Of a stretch of 41,128 nt of DNA, positions 1 through 11,717 are shown piece after piece. Each line of letters begins with the position of its first letter. The stretch's first letter is position 1. The stretch lies in the NCBI RefSeq assembly GCF_001194135.2, contig NC_068984.1, forward strand, positions 34,042,915-34,084,042. The letters run 5' to 3'. The notes beneath the pieces are model-generated. The model saw only the letters and a program-made list of their open reading frames with translations. It was not told the origin of the DNA and made no database searches. A program made the position numbers and the translations under genes. The stretch comes from Octopus bimaculoides. Lineage: Eukaryota.

Positions 1-206
1 AGCTGCACGTTCTGGGTTCAAATTCTGCTGAGGTCGACTTGGCCTCTCATCCTTTCAGGATCAATAAATTAAATACCAGTTGAGGACTGGGGTCGATGGA
101 ATCGACTATTCCCCTCCCCCAAATTTCAGGCCTTTTGCCTATGATAGAAAAAATTATTATTAATATTGTTATTGTCATTATTATTATTATTATTATTATT
201 ATTGAT
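1..206 (+). mobile_element. tRNA-derived SINE (family A), 5' end cut by the window edge, (ATT)n tail
   Basis: B-box-like GGTTCAAATTC at about 15-25, body CCTTTC..GATAAA..AATACCAGT..GGGGTCGAT and (ATT)n tail; the same body recurs at 1255-1490, 17525-17942 and 31885-32111. Confidence 0.75.
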
Positions 207-904
207 TTATGTATCATGTACTTTTTTTTTTCTTTATTTGCATCTTGTACTAATGTGTTTGGTTTAAGCACACTCTCACATACATGAATCACACATACTG
301 GTACGCTCAAAACACAGTTCATTCTTGCTGTGACATTTATACAAAGAAAGGTAGGAAATTCTTTATATTTTACATAATTGCCAGACATTTTTTCAGCAGA
401 GATCAAGTCTACTAAAAATATTCACTAAATAGTCTTTGTTTTCTTTCAGTCTGTTTTTTTAAATGAATAATTACGCTTAATTATTTGCTTTTCTTTAAAG
501 CATTCTTGTATTTTCGTTGAGGTAAAATTTATTGTATTTAAATCAAATTAAATTATTTATTTTCAGCTTCAAATTTTAAAATGTTTCTTACATTTTTATT
601 TTTTCTCCATTTATAAGTTCTGTCAATTCTTAATAATTTGAAAATATTCTTATAAAATAAAGTTGTTTGAAGCCAAATAGTTGAAAAAATAATGATGGTG
701 TATATATTCTGAAATTTAAATCCTTGTGAATTAAAGTGCTAAACGAGTAAGTTTGAAGTCCACTTTCTAGCTTCAAAATCTGGCATTGGGCCTGCTCATA
801 ATGCCAATATGTGAGATTAAACATAAAACATTTTGAATGTCTAGATTTATTTAGGTATGTCTGGAAAGTATGAGTAATATTTATCTATCATTTAGAACCA
901 AGAT

Positions 905-1198
905 ATCTGGCATCTTACAGTACTCAAGAAGACCTGTCCACCACAGCAGAATTGATACTGGTGCTAGTACCACATAAAAAGCATGCAAGCTGGTGCCACG
1001 TTAAAAGCACTGGTACTGGTTCCACAAGAAATGCACCCAATACACTTGGTAGAATAGTTGGCATTAGAAAGGGAATCCAGCTGTAGAAACCACGCCAAAA
1101 CAAACAATGGAGCCTGGTGTGGCTCCCCAAACCTTAACAGCTCTAGTCAAACTGTTCAACCCATGTAAGCATGGAAAAGGGATATTAAATGATGAATG
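905..1198 (+). mobile_element. RTE 3' UTR / SINE tail fragment with three short internal tandem units
   Basis: GTTGGCATTAGAAAGGGAATCCAGCTGTAGAAAC...CCCATGTAAGCATGGAAAA...TTAAATGATGA matches the tail at 12545-12695 and 39700-39855. Confidence 0.7.
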
Positions 1199-1254
1199 AC
1201 AGAGTGACCACAACCTATGGAGTTAATTCAACTTAATAACTTAAAATATTTATT

Positions 1255-1490
1255 ATAACTGGCTTTGAAGCTGTTAGAATAGTTATCATGCCAGATAAAA
1301 AGTTTTGTAGCATTTCTTCTGACTGCATATTCTGAGTTCACATGCTTCCAAGGCTGGCTTTGCCTTTCATCCTTTCGGGTGATAAAATAAATACAATTTG
1401 AACACTGTGAATGATGTACTCAACTAGCCTCCATTCTCATATGCCTATATATATATAGTCTTGTGCCTATATTGGAAACAATAATATAGT
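1255..1490 (+). mobile_element. Degenerate tRNA-derived SINE (family A)
   Basis: CTGAGTTCACAT..CTTTGCCTTTCATCCTTTCGGGTGATAAAATAAATAC is similar to 1-160 and to the reverse complement of 31885-32111. Confidence 0.6.
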
Positions 1491-2160
1491 GGGAATCTTA
1501 GTGTTTATGCTTATTAACCACTATGAACAAAAGTAATCAGCACCAGCTTCAGTTTTACCATGCTCTATTTTTCTGTAACTAAGGAAATTTTCATCAGTTT
1601 TAACAAACACTGAGACACAAGACGAATAACAATGAGTTTACAAAACTACCGAAGTAAATACCAAAACTGCAAACTCAAATATCTGATGATATTTCTACTC
1701 ATCAAAAGCCTTCCAACTATTTTACAACTATTTTAGAATTATTTTATAATGTCAAGCTATTTTATAACCAAAACCAGCTATCCAAACACTAATGAAGTTA
1801 GTGACTGTACACAAACCATAGTAATTATCAACTCATTGTTGAAATTTTGATACAGATAAGGATCGTGGTGGCCAACACAGAATTACTGCTACAACAAGAA
1901 GAGACAGAGCAAAAATATAAACCAAGAAACATAATGGCATAAACTGACCCATAAAATTAATCATTTCTGTATGAAATAATTATCAAACGAAACTTATTTT
2001 GTATAGAATTGGTTAATTCAAGGAATTTTTTTATTAAAAATTAGATGGTGTCTGTACTAAACCTAGTAGTGTTTGCAAGAATCAAACAATTTTTTCAATT
2101 ACATATTTTGAAGAAAGCTTGTAAAATAGCCAAACTATGATGAAATCTTGGTTAGTTTAT

Positions 2161-3378
2161 CTAACCTTTAGAACCCAAAATGCTGGTGCACTGGCATTAT
2201 GCTAAGGCCTTATATTCCCAAAATGCTTGTCTACCAGCACATCATGTGTCTTCATTTATAAAAATAGCCACCTGAGCTGCTTAGCAACCAATCAGTGAGT
2301 ATGTTATTTCAGCTCTTCGGCATACATATTCTATCATGAATTCCTTATTTCATGCTTAAATTTTGCCAAGAATGTCTTTGAAATGTGTCAGTGCTGAAGA
2401 AGCACTAACTCAGATTCTTAGTGATGATGAGAAGGATTTAGACGAGTTTGATTACAGTAATGAAAGTAATTTTAAGCAAGAAACTAGCAAAGAATTGCCC
2501 AATAATTCTAGCAGTGATCAAGGTGAACTTGTACATAGTGTAGACAATGCTGCAGGGCATGCCCAAATGCCCCAGGCTTATAGAAAGGGGAACGTAGTGG
2601 TGGGTGTGGAAGAGGCTTGAAGGCAGTAGTAAACATGAATATTCCTGCTCCCTGGAGACGAGATACAGCTGGTTTTACAGCAAAACAGTTTAGTCGTAGC
2701 CATCCAACAAGCCCAAAGGATATTGCACCTCATATAAATAGAGAAAGTGGCCCCTAAGCTTTTTATCCCTATCCTGGGAGGTTGTGCTTTGGGACATTTT
2801 GGTTAGAGAAAGTAATCAAAATGCCACATGTGTCAAGCCTGCTAAGCCCAATAACTATGCTGCAAAAAATGGTATGACACGATAGTAAAAGAGATGAAGG
2901 CCTTCTTTGGTTGAAGACTTGCCATAGAGATGTTGGTTCATAAGGATAGGTACTGGCATACAAAAGGCAGCTTTTTGACATCAACTCCAGGATTTGTGCA
3001 TATCATGGTAAGGGACAGGTTTTTAGCTATATGGTCAATGTTACACTGTGTTGACAAGGATGATTTTAATGTAAATATGAAAGAAAAAACATATGTCACA
3101 GCTAATTATTGATTATATTTTGCCAAGATTTGAAAAACATTTTGTTCCTGAATGTGAGCTATCTTTAGAAGAAGGAATGATTCCAACCAAAAACAACTTA
3201 TCCATAAAGACTTGAACATCTTGCATTTTATCATTTTTCACCATTTTGTACCCTTGTGTTGTCAAATAAGCATGTCTTTCAGCATATATTCTAAAATTTA
3301 AAAAATTCCAGTGAAACTCACTGGGAGCTTAGGGTTGTGCATTCAACTTCTGTGGGTGGTTAGGATTCAAAGGGTTAA
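2161..3378 (+). mobile_element. Internally deleted piggyBac-like DNA transposon with transposase pseudogene
   Basis: Acidic N-terminus (ORF 2363-2620); KEMKAFFG*RLAIEML..RYWHTK..STPGF..IMVRDRFLAIWSMLHCVD and ELSLEEGMIPTKNNLSIK are PGBD motifs; ends CTAA|CCTTTAGAACCCAAA and the reverse complement of TTAGGATTCAAAGGG|TTAA form an imperfect TIR with a TTAA-type target site. Confidence 0.8.
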
Positions 3379-3544
3379 AGTACAAAGGCTTTGCAGAATG
3401 CATTTCTTGCAACCACTTTTCTGAATGTTAAATATTTCATGCAACAATTCAGTTTTCTGACTGGATGAGTGTGCTGAGAACTCTGGGACATTATGAAGGT
3501 AACAATGAATATAAGAGGGGATATTGTGCTCATCATAGTTTAAC

Positions 3545-3625
3545 ATCCACTATCCATGCTGGCATGCATTGGATGGTTTGGCAAGCCAGGAGGCTGCACC
3601 AGGCTCCAATCTGGTCTGCCAAGTT
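3545..3625 (-). mobile_element. Short RTE/SINE tail fragment
   Basis: CCATGCTGGCATG..GGCTGCACCAGGCTCCAATCTGGTCTGCCA is the reverse complement of the tail at 12590-12665. Confidence 0.6.
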
Positions 3626-3962
3626 ATAATATTAAAGTAAAAATGTACATACATGCAGAGAAAAAAAACAAAGAGGACTTAACAAGGAAAAAGCATCGAT
3701 CAGACATACCTGTTAGCTTTTCATTCTTATTTTTGTGTTATAGTTTTACTGCACATATAGATATCCATACACACTGATATATCTGTCTTTTTTTCTCTTT
3801 TGTCTCTCTTACTATTATTATTACTGTTATTTTTCCCCTTTTATAACTTGCTTGTAAATATCTGATTTTCCTTATTACCCCATTTGTATTCTCCCTTTTT
3901 GTATCTTATTTTAATTTACTTTATTTTATTAAACCTTTTTTTATGTCCTTACAAAAATCCCT

Positions 3963-4061
3963 CACACTGATGAAAATGACAATGTATAAATTTAATCATA
4001 ATTACTATGGTTGTAATTTTTGCTTATATATTTGTTTTATCCTTTGAAACACATGTATGTA
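3963..4061 (+). ncRNA. Type I hammerhead ribozyme-like motif (Penelope/retrozyme-type tail)
   Basis: ACA-CTGATGA(3967-3973)-72-nt AT-rich hairpin-GAAAC(4046-4050)-ACAT-GTA(4055-4057)-TGT; all core positions present; stem I ACA/TGT. Confidence 0.6.
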
Positions 4062-4179
4062 TTGAATCCTATTTTGTATTAAATATAATTTTGATTCAAC
4101 AACTTTTTCGCCTTCATTTTTCTATAATTGTTTATGGTATATTTATACCTATAACGATATTTTTCAACTGTATATATAC

Positions 4180-4213
<34 letters not shown>

Positions 4214-4695
4214 NNNNNNNNNNNNNNNNNNNNNNNNNNNNNNNNNNNNNNNNNNNNNNNNNNNNNNNNNNNNNNNNNNNNNNNNNNNNNNNNNNNNNNN
4301 NNNNNNNNNNNNNNNNNNNNNNNNNNNNNNNNNNNNNNNNNNNNNNNNNNNNNNNNNNNNNNNNNNNNNNNNNNNNNNNNNNNNNNNNNNNNNNNNNNNN
4401 NNNNNNNNNNNNNNNNNNNNNNNNNNNNNNNNNNNNNNNNNNNNNNNNNNNNNNNNNNNNNNNNNNNNNNNNNNNNNNNNNNNNNNNNNNNNNNNNNNNN
4501 NNNNNNNNNNNNNNNNNNNNNNNNNNNNNNNNNNNNNNNNNNNNNNNNNNNNNNNNNNNNNNNNNNNNNNNNNNNNNNNNNNNNNNNNNNNNNNNNNNNN
4601 NNNNNNNNNNNNNNNNNNNNNNNNNNNNNNNNNNNNNNNNNNNNNNNNNNNNNNNNNNNNNNNNNNNNNNNNNNNNNNNNNNNNNNNNNNNNNNN
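4214..4695. other. Assembly gap flanked by (TA)n
   Basis: Run of N with (TA)n on both sides. Confidence 0.99.
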
Positions 4696-4746
<51 letters not shown>

Positions 4747-5269
4747 CTATATGTGTACGTTAATATGTACATATTCTGCATATTCATGTGTTTGTGTGTT
4801 CGTAGTTGTGTGATTTTGTGTGTTTATGTGTGTCTGTGTGTACTTCTGTCTACTTGTGTGTGTTTGCCTAAAGCACTAAAAGAGAATGACTCTCTCTAGA
4901 CACAGCAGTATATACATCTATATAAACATTTGGAAAAAATGAATAGGAAAGGCTTTTCTGATAATTTTTCCACTTCAGTAATTAGATACTTATAAATCAT
5001 TAGGTGTATACAAATTGTGACTCTGTTTAGATTTTCTCACTTAAAAGCAACTTTCAAATGGTTCTTTTATTGGTATCAGAGTTTCTGTTAAAAGTCTTCA
5101 TTTCTGTTTATAAAGGCAGGGATGTTAAACTACAAACACACACAAGCACTCACAGACACACGCACTCACATGCACACACACACACGCACACACACACACA
5201 TACTCATGTGTAAATGCTCATACATGCATACATACAAACAATAGGGAGAACTTATTTACTCCTTCCATT

Positions 5270-6400
5270 TGGAGAAAAGCTAGTGCCTATTGTACCTGAA
5301 GTTGTTAAATATATTGGCATTTTGCAGAAGCTGTATGATTCTTCTATTTTTGTCCGAATCCCCACAAAGTGGTCATTCTAGGTTTTTTTTTTTTTGAATG
5401 GCTTAAGTGTAACTAAATGGGCCACACACTATAAAGGGGATCAGAACATTAGAATAAAATACATGGCTATTTTATGAACTTGTACATATAGTTTCGAAGA
5501 CTCAGAAGAGAAACCTGAATGTAAATGAAAGGTAAAGAATTTATATCGTATATTGTTTAAGTCAGAATAAGCTGTTTTCATAGCCCTTTTGAAAGAAGTG
5601 TTGGAGCATTTCAACAAAACAAGTAACAAATTCTAAACCCAGGGTGTATTTGAAGGTTATCTTCTGCAATAATTTTTACTTTTGTTCTCAAAGAACACCA
5701 AGAAAATTCAAAGGACAGAATGGCACAATGTGAATCTGAAGCAAAGTTTTTGTTTGAAAATATCACCTCAAGTTATTCTAATGCTTTCAAATGTATTGTT
5801 ACAAAAAGAATTTTCAGATGTGACAAGTGATAGTGATTCTTTGAGCAGAACTGTGGAATTTAGAAAACAAGTTCTAAATTAACTCTGTTACTGCTTGCTA
5901 ATCTTGTTGCATAAGGAACTGACCTATATCAGCATATTGCAAAAAGGTTCAGGATCCTCTCAGAATTGGTAAGTAATTTTGAAAATGATGAGAGCAATAT
6001 TAAACTAATATTAGAAAGATGCAGTTGATCACTAATTATAAACGTGCATTATCCATTCAGAGAATAGTAGCATCTTGGGACATCCTAAAAAGCAAAAAAA
6101 AAAAAAAGGAGGAAGAAAAAGCACCAATGAAAAGGCAAAGTACAGAAATTCTTTAGCTTATTTTTGGGCAACACCTATATTGAAGTGTTCCTTAATATTA
6201 CTACAGCACTTAAGCTGTACTTAACAATGCCTATCATGATCTATGAAGCAGAAAGGAATTTCTCAAAGCTATCACATAACAAACAAATTTCATCATGATT
6301 GAAGAGTGCTTATGTTCTTTATCCGTACTGTCTGTACAAAATGCCATCACAAAGAAAATTTCATATGACACAATGTTGCATGAATATGTTGGTATAAAAT
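5270..6400 (+). pseudogene. hAT transposase fossil (ZMYM1/hATC-like), many stops and frameshifts
   Basis: GEKLVPIVPEVVKYIGILQKLY; LSVTKWATHY (RW motif region); FIALLKEVLEHFNKTS; dimerisation domain EVFLNITTALKLYLTMPIMIYEAERNFSKLS...LSVLSVQNAITKKISYD. Confidence 0.8.
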
Positions 6401-7334
6401 GTAGAAGAAAAAGAGTTGTTGACATCATATGCAATTATTTATAACTTTATCAGCTTTGAGATTCTCTGTTTCAAAAAGAAGAAAGGGTATTTTGTCAAAT
6501 GTGTTTCATATAGAATACATTCCCATAGGTGAGTGAAATGAAAGATTATATTAACTCTAGTCTTTGGCATGTTTCGTTTCATCAGTCCACAATGCATCAA
6601 GCATGCATCTCTAATTTTTATCTACTACCAACCCACAATAACTTGAAAACTATAAGATATATGAAATTTTTATTCATACCAGTAATTGAGTGTGAGATAA
6701 TCCAATACACCAATTTAGATCAAAATCTGAGGCATACTGATTATATTTTCTTTATAGATTTGTAGCGACATGTCAGGGAACATTGAAGGAGATAACAAAG
6801 GTTACTTAGAAATTGCTGCTGCTAGGAAGAGATTCACTGAAGGCCCTATTTTCAAGAACTTCAGCTAATCACACCATTCTCCACCCCTTGGGCTTCAAAG
6901 TCTTTCCATGTACAAGAAAGCTTTTCAGATCTTGTTGGATGTTGCCCTATTGTCATTTAATATGAAAGGGCCTGCATACAGTTTGAGCTTCAGAGACACT
7001 GTATTTTGGTATGTGCAAGTGTTTGTGCTTGTATGCTTGCAGTTGTACTTATGTGTGCATATATACACACACACATGCATCTATACATATATACATTCAT
7101 ATATATACATGTGTTATTTTCAAACTAGTAGTGTTGTTAAACTACTGTTCACAGATTTATGCGATGAGACTCAATTAAAGTATTACCATAACTATTTTGT
7201 AACATGTACACACACACATACATGTATATGTATGTTTGTATGTATGTATGTATATGGATGTATACGACAAAGTATGTATATTTTATGCTACAGGTACATA
7301 CATAAATGTCATTTAAATATATAACTACTCAACT

Positions 7335-8178
7335 TATGAGGTAGCATCAAAATGTTCTAAGATTAGTTTTGTAGCATGCCAACAGATGGCAGCACACAGT
7401 TGCATACAAAGTGAGAGGTAGCAGTGACCTTCATGAAGCAGTATGTTGAATGACATTGCTGTACTTACTTTACAACTTGTCAAATTTGAGTTTATGTGAT
7501 CATGTGTATGTTGTAGTCTGTGATTTTGTCATGGACAAGAAGCTGGAATAGAAACCAATGTGAAATTTCATTTTAAAATTGGTATGCCTGCTACGAAGAC
7601 ATTGAGCATTCTTCATCAAGATTAAGGTGACAAGGTGATGGGTAATATGCAATGTTTCAAGCTACACAGGCACTTCAAGAGTGGAAGAACATTCCTAGAA
7701 GACAATGCACAATCTACAAGACATGTTGTGAGTGTCATCCACGGAAATGTGGAGAAAATTCCTCTGCTTGTTGAGGATCGTGAGAGGACAGTCAACGACA
7801 TTGCTGATGTTGTTGGTGTATTGTATGGGTCCATAAATGCAATCCTGACATCTGAATTGAATATGTGGTGTGTCTCTGCTAAGTTTGTGCCCCACCTGCT
7901 GACCACTCAGCAAAAAGAGCATTGCATTGAAGTCTGTCAAGATTTCTGTCAGTGTGCTTCTGATGACCCATCACCACTGATGAGAGTTGGGTCTATGGAT
8001 ATGACCCTGTGACGAAGCAGCAGTCGTCACAATGGAAGAACCCTTCATTTCCTGAACTGAAGGAGTGTCAGAGCTGAAGCTCAATCAAAAGCACTCTCAG
8101 AATGTTTTCCGACACTCATGATATTGTGCATCAAGAATTCGTTCCTCGGGGCCAGACTGTCAATCAAGAGTTCCATTT
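7335..8178 (+). mobile_element. Mariner-type transposon, 3'-truncated, transposase pseudogene
   Basis: TA|TGAGGTAGCATCAAAATGTTC TIR-like start; FKSGRTFLEDN, VSAKFVPHLLT (WVPHEL-like) and DESWVYGYDPVTKQQSSQWK (first catalytic D, YDPET motif), then HQEFVPRGQTVNQ; no right TIR seen. Confidence 0.85.
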
Positions 8179-8692
8179 GAGCCTGTGCCAAAGGCTCAAA
8201 GTTGAGATATATCACACCTACATTTGAGTGGTTGAGCTAATGTTTCAGTACCCAGTTATAATGTTGTAGCAGATGTGTGAGGCAGCTCCTCCTTTAATGG
8301 AAGTCATATTGTGTGCTTGTAAGCAAATTATTTTCCTCTAGAAACGTGATCAGCCTCCATCTGATTATGCATTTCATGATCTTGCTAATATGTGAGGTCA
8401 GAGAAATAGGCTAACAATTTCTAGCATCTCCTTTGCTTCCTACTGTATAGACAGGGCATATTATACCTTCTTTTAAGAACCTGGGAAGTTTAACACATGC
8501 TAGAAAACTCTGAAAAAAGTATCTGCAATGGTTTTGTGAGACCTTTCTTGCACGTCTTTATATGTATGTGTGTATATATATACATATGTATGTATGTGTG
8601 CATATAAAGAAATGTATGTATGTGTTTATAAACACATATATATGTAAATCTACATATCTATATTTATATCTATCTCTCTATCTATCTATTTA

Positions 8693-8693
<1 letters not shown>

Positions 8694-8746
<53 letters not shown>

Positions 8747-8872
8747 TAGTTGGTGTTAGGAAGGGTATCCAGTGTGAGTGGTTGGTGTTAGGAAGGGCAT
8801 CCAAGACAGTCTTGTGAAACCGTCCCTCCCATGCTAGCATAGAAGGTGGACATTAAACGATGATGCTGATGC

Positions 8873-8924
<52 letters not shown>

Positions 8925-8925
8925 A
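8694..8925 (+). repeat. (TG)n, then a truncated RTE/SINE tail with a 32-nt tandem duplication and a (GCT)n(GAT)n tail
   Basis: GTGTGAGT(A/G)GTTGGTGTTAGGAAGGG(T/C)ATCCA twice (8740-8803), then CCCATGCTAGCAT..GACATTAAACGATGATG. Confidence 0.75.
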
Positions 8926-10668
8926 ATTATAAATAAAGAGAGAAATGTGCTATGACAAAATTTATTTTGCCATTCAATATTCATATTTAGCAACAATTGT
9001 TTCACAACTTAATATTGTTGTTAGATAGGATTATCCAAAGATAATTCTCTCTTTAATTATAATTATATTTCTCTCTTTAATTATAATTTTACACACTACT
9101 TTTATTTTGCCTTTGCATAATACTATATATTCTATGTGCTTTGTAGAATGATACATTAAGGAGCTTTTTTTTATGGGTACCTCTGGATTAATTGAATCCA
9201 TATAATGCTATATTGTGACTTCAGTTAATGTATGTGTATGCATGTGTGTGTGAACTATTGAATATATCACATATACATATATATGAAACAGAACTCCAAA
9301 AAAGAAGACAATGGAAAATATGTGACAATATATAGTACATTAGTCATTTTAATTAACTGGGATTCGGGTGAATTGACATGTTCCAAAGAATACTATTTTT
9401 TATTTAGTTTTCTTTGCCTTTTGTAAATTTAGGTGAGCTTTGATTGATTTTTATCTCTCATGATATACAGCTTTGACTAAAATTATCGTGCTCACTATAT
9501 TAAATGTGTTAGTGTTTTCTTCACTATATCAAATTACTTCTGATATAATAGCAAACATTCATATTCTATATTTAGCATCAAGTAAATAGAAAATTTCCAC
9601 ATAAAAATAAATTAGCAACAATAAAATTCTAACAATTGACATTTTATAAATATATCGCATATTAATAAACTTGAATTCCAATTGCACACAAACATGAACT
9701 ATCCTTTTTATACTAATTTTTTGAAAAGTATTTCTAAAGCTTCTCAAAAGAACACAAACTTTGATATAGTAACTATGTACTTTCTATCAATACTATAATC
9801 TGAATCTCTTCATTTACGAACATATGCGAACAGCAATCCAATTAATAATAATAAAAAACAAAACAAAAGATACAAGATCAGACACATAACTCATATACTC
9901 CTCAAACACCTAACATTTCTGAGAATCACTGCTTAAACAAACATTTTCAATAACCTATATTGATTCTTGAGTCAAAAAGTTTCAATAACATATATCAGTG
10001 TTGCCAAATCCCCAGGTTAAGGAAACTAAATTAAATAGTTACCATTTGCAAACTGAACCAATGTTGAACCAAATCAATATCCTACAGACACATTGGTCTT
10101 TTAAACTTTCTATCAAATATATTAGGAAACCTATCTGATAAACATCACTAAGCTGTACGGCTCTCCTATGGCTTCTGGCCTCTGCATTCAATCTTCACAC
10201 TTCCCAATAAACCTCAAAGATGGAGACTACATTCTTTCAAAATTTCAAAATATATTAAGCAGCACCTAACTCCCAAAGAAAATACAAAAGGTGTTGTTTG
10301 ATTCACACTGGTAGTAAATTTTCATATTTAATTCCTTTGTTGGTAACAAGTCCAATCATTGTTACTAACTACTGTTGTGTGTGCCCTGGTTATATCAAAC
10401 ATAAGAAAGAAAAAAAAGAAGTCACACATATAATTTTCTAAATAAGGTGACAAGCAGTTGCTATTTCAGTCACCTTTTCTAAATTAAATATATTTTATGG
10501 CCCTTGCTCATACCTCAAAGCAAACAAAACATACTCTGCTAAAGTTAATAGAATTATTACTTATCAAAACTTCCTTCATATAGCTAAATATCGACTTTAA
10601 ATAAACAAATTACGCATCTTCTAGACTAGATTACTCTTTCTTAACATCAACATTACCCCATTACTGTC

Positions 10669-10701
<33 letters not shown>

Positions 10702-11107
10702 GTAATCAATAAGAAAATGGAGGGGAATACGGGGTACGCATCAACTCGCAGACATAGTATTATGCCAATTTACCTGTTTATTTTTCAACTAAGGGGACAA
10801 TAAAAGCAATATACAAACACATATGACATATTGTGTCATATCAGTAATTATTCACAAACCTTAACTTTCTTGAATTATATATATATTATTGAGTGAGAGA
10901 GCAGTGCATGCCATCAAAGTGACACTGGGGTAAAATATACGAAGCCAAATATACCCATCATGACTACCCGTCTGATAAGGATACACCAGGCACATACATC
11001 TCAACTGTATGTGTGCGACATGGTGATCTCATGTATGTGTGTATGTATGTATGTATGTGTGTATATCATCATCATCATCATCATATATATATATATATAT
11101 ATATATA

Positions 11108-11682
11108 NNNNNNNNNNNNNNNNNNNNNNNNNNNNNNNNNNNNNNNNNNNNNNNNNNNNNNNNNNNNNNNNNNNNNNNNNNNNNNNNNNNNNNNNNNNNN
11201 NNNNNNNNNNNNNNNNNNNNNNNNNNNNNNNNNNNNNNNNNNNNNNNNNNNNNNNNNNNNNNNNNNNNNNNNNNNNNNNNNNNNNNNNNNNNNNNNNNNN
11301 NNNNNNNNNNNNNNNNNNNNNNNNNNNNNNNNNNNNNNNNNNNNNNNNNNNNNNNNNNNNNNNNNNNNNNNNNNNNNNNNNNNNNNNNNNNNNNNNNNNN
11401 NNNNNNNNNNNNNNNNNNNNNNNNNNNNNNNNNNNNNNNNNNNNNNNNNNNNNNNNNNNNNNNNNNNNNNNNNNNNNNNNNNNNNNNNNNNNNNNNNNNN
11501 NNNNNNNNNNNNNNNNNNNNNNNNNNNNNNNNNNNNNNNNNNNNNNNNNNNNNNNNNNNNNNNNNNNNNNNNNNNNNNNNNNNNNNNNNNNNNNNNNNNN
11601 NNNNNNNNNNNNNNNNNNNNNNNNNNNNNNNNNNNNNNNNNNNNNNNNNNNNNNNNNNNNNNNNNNNNNNNNNNNNNNNNNN
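11108..11682. other. Assembly gap flanked by (TA)n
   Basis: Run of N with (TA)n on both sides. Confidence 0.99.
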
Positions 11683-11717
11683 TATATATATATATATATA
11701 TGTGTGTGTATATATAT

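Noticed and set aside
47-406. 119-aa ORF with a poly-Ile hydrophobic stretch
   Set aside because: The poly-Ile is the (ATT)n SINE tail and the ORF runs through a SINE
6562-6590. Minus-strand CTGATGA-AAC-GAAAC-ATGCC minimal hammerhead-like string
   Set aside because: No GUH triplet and no stem I complement follow
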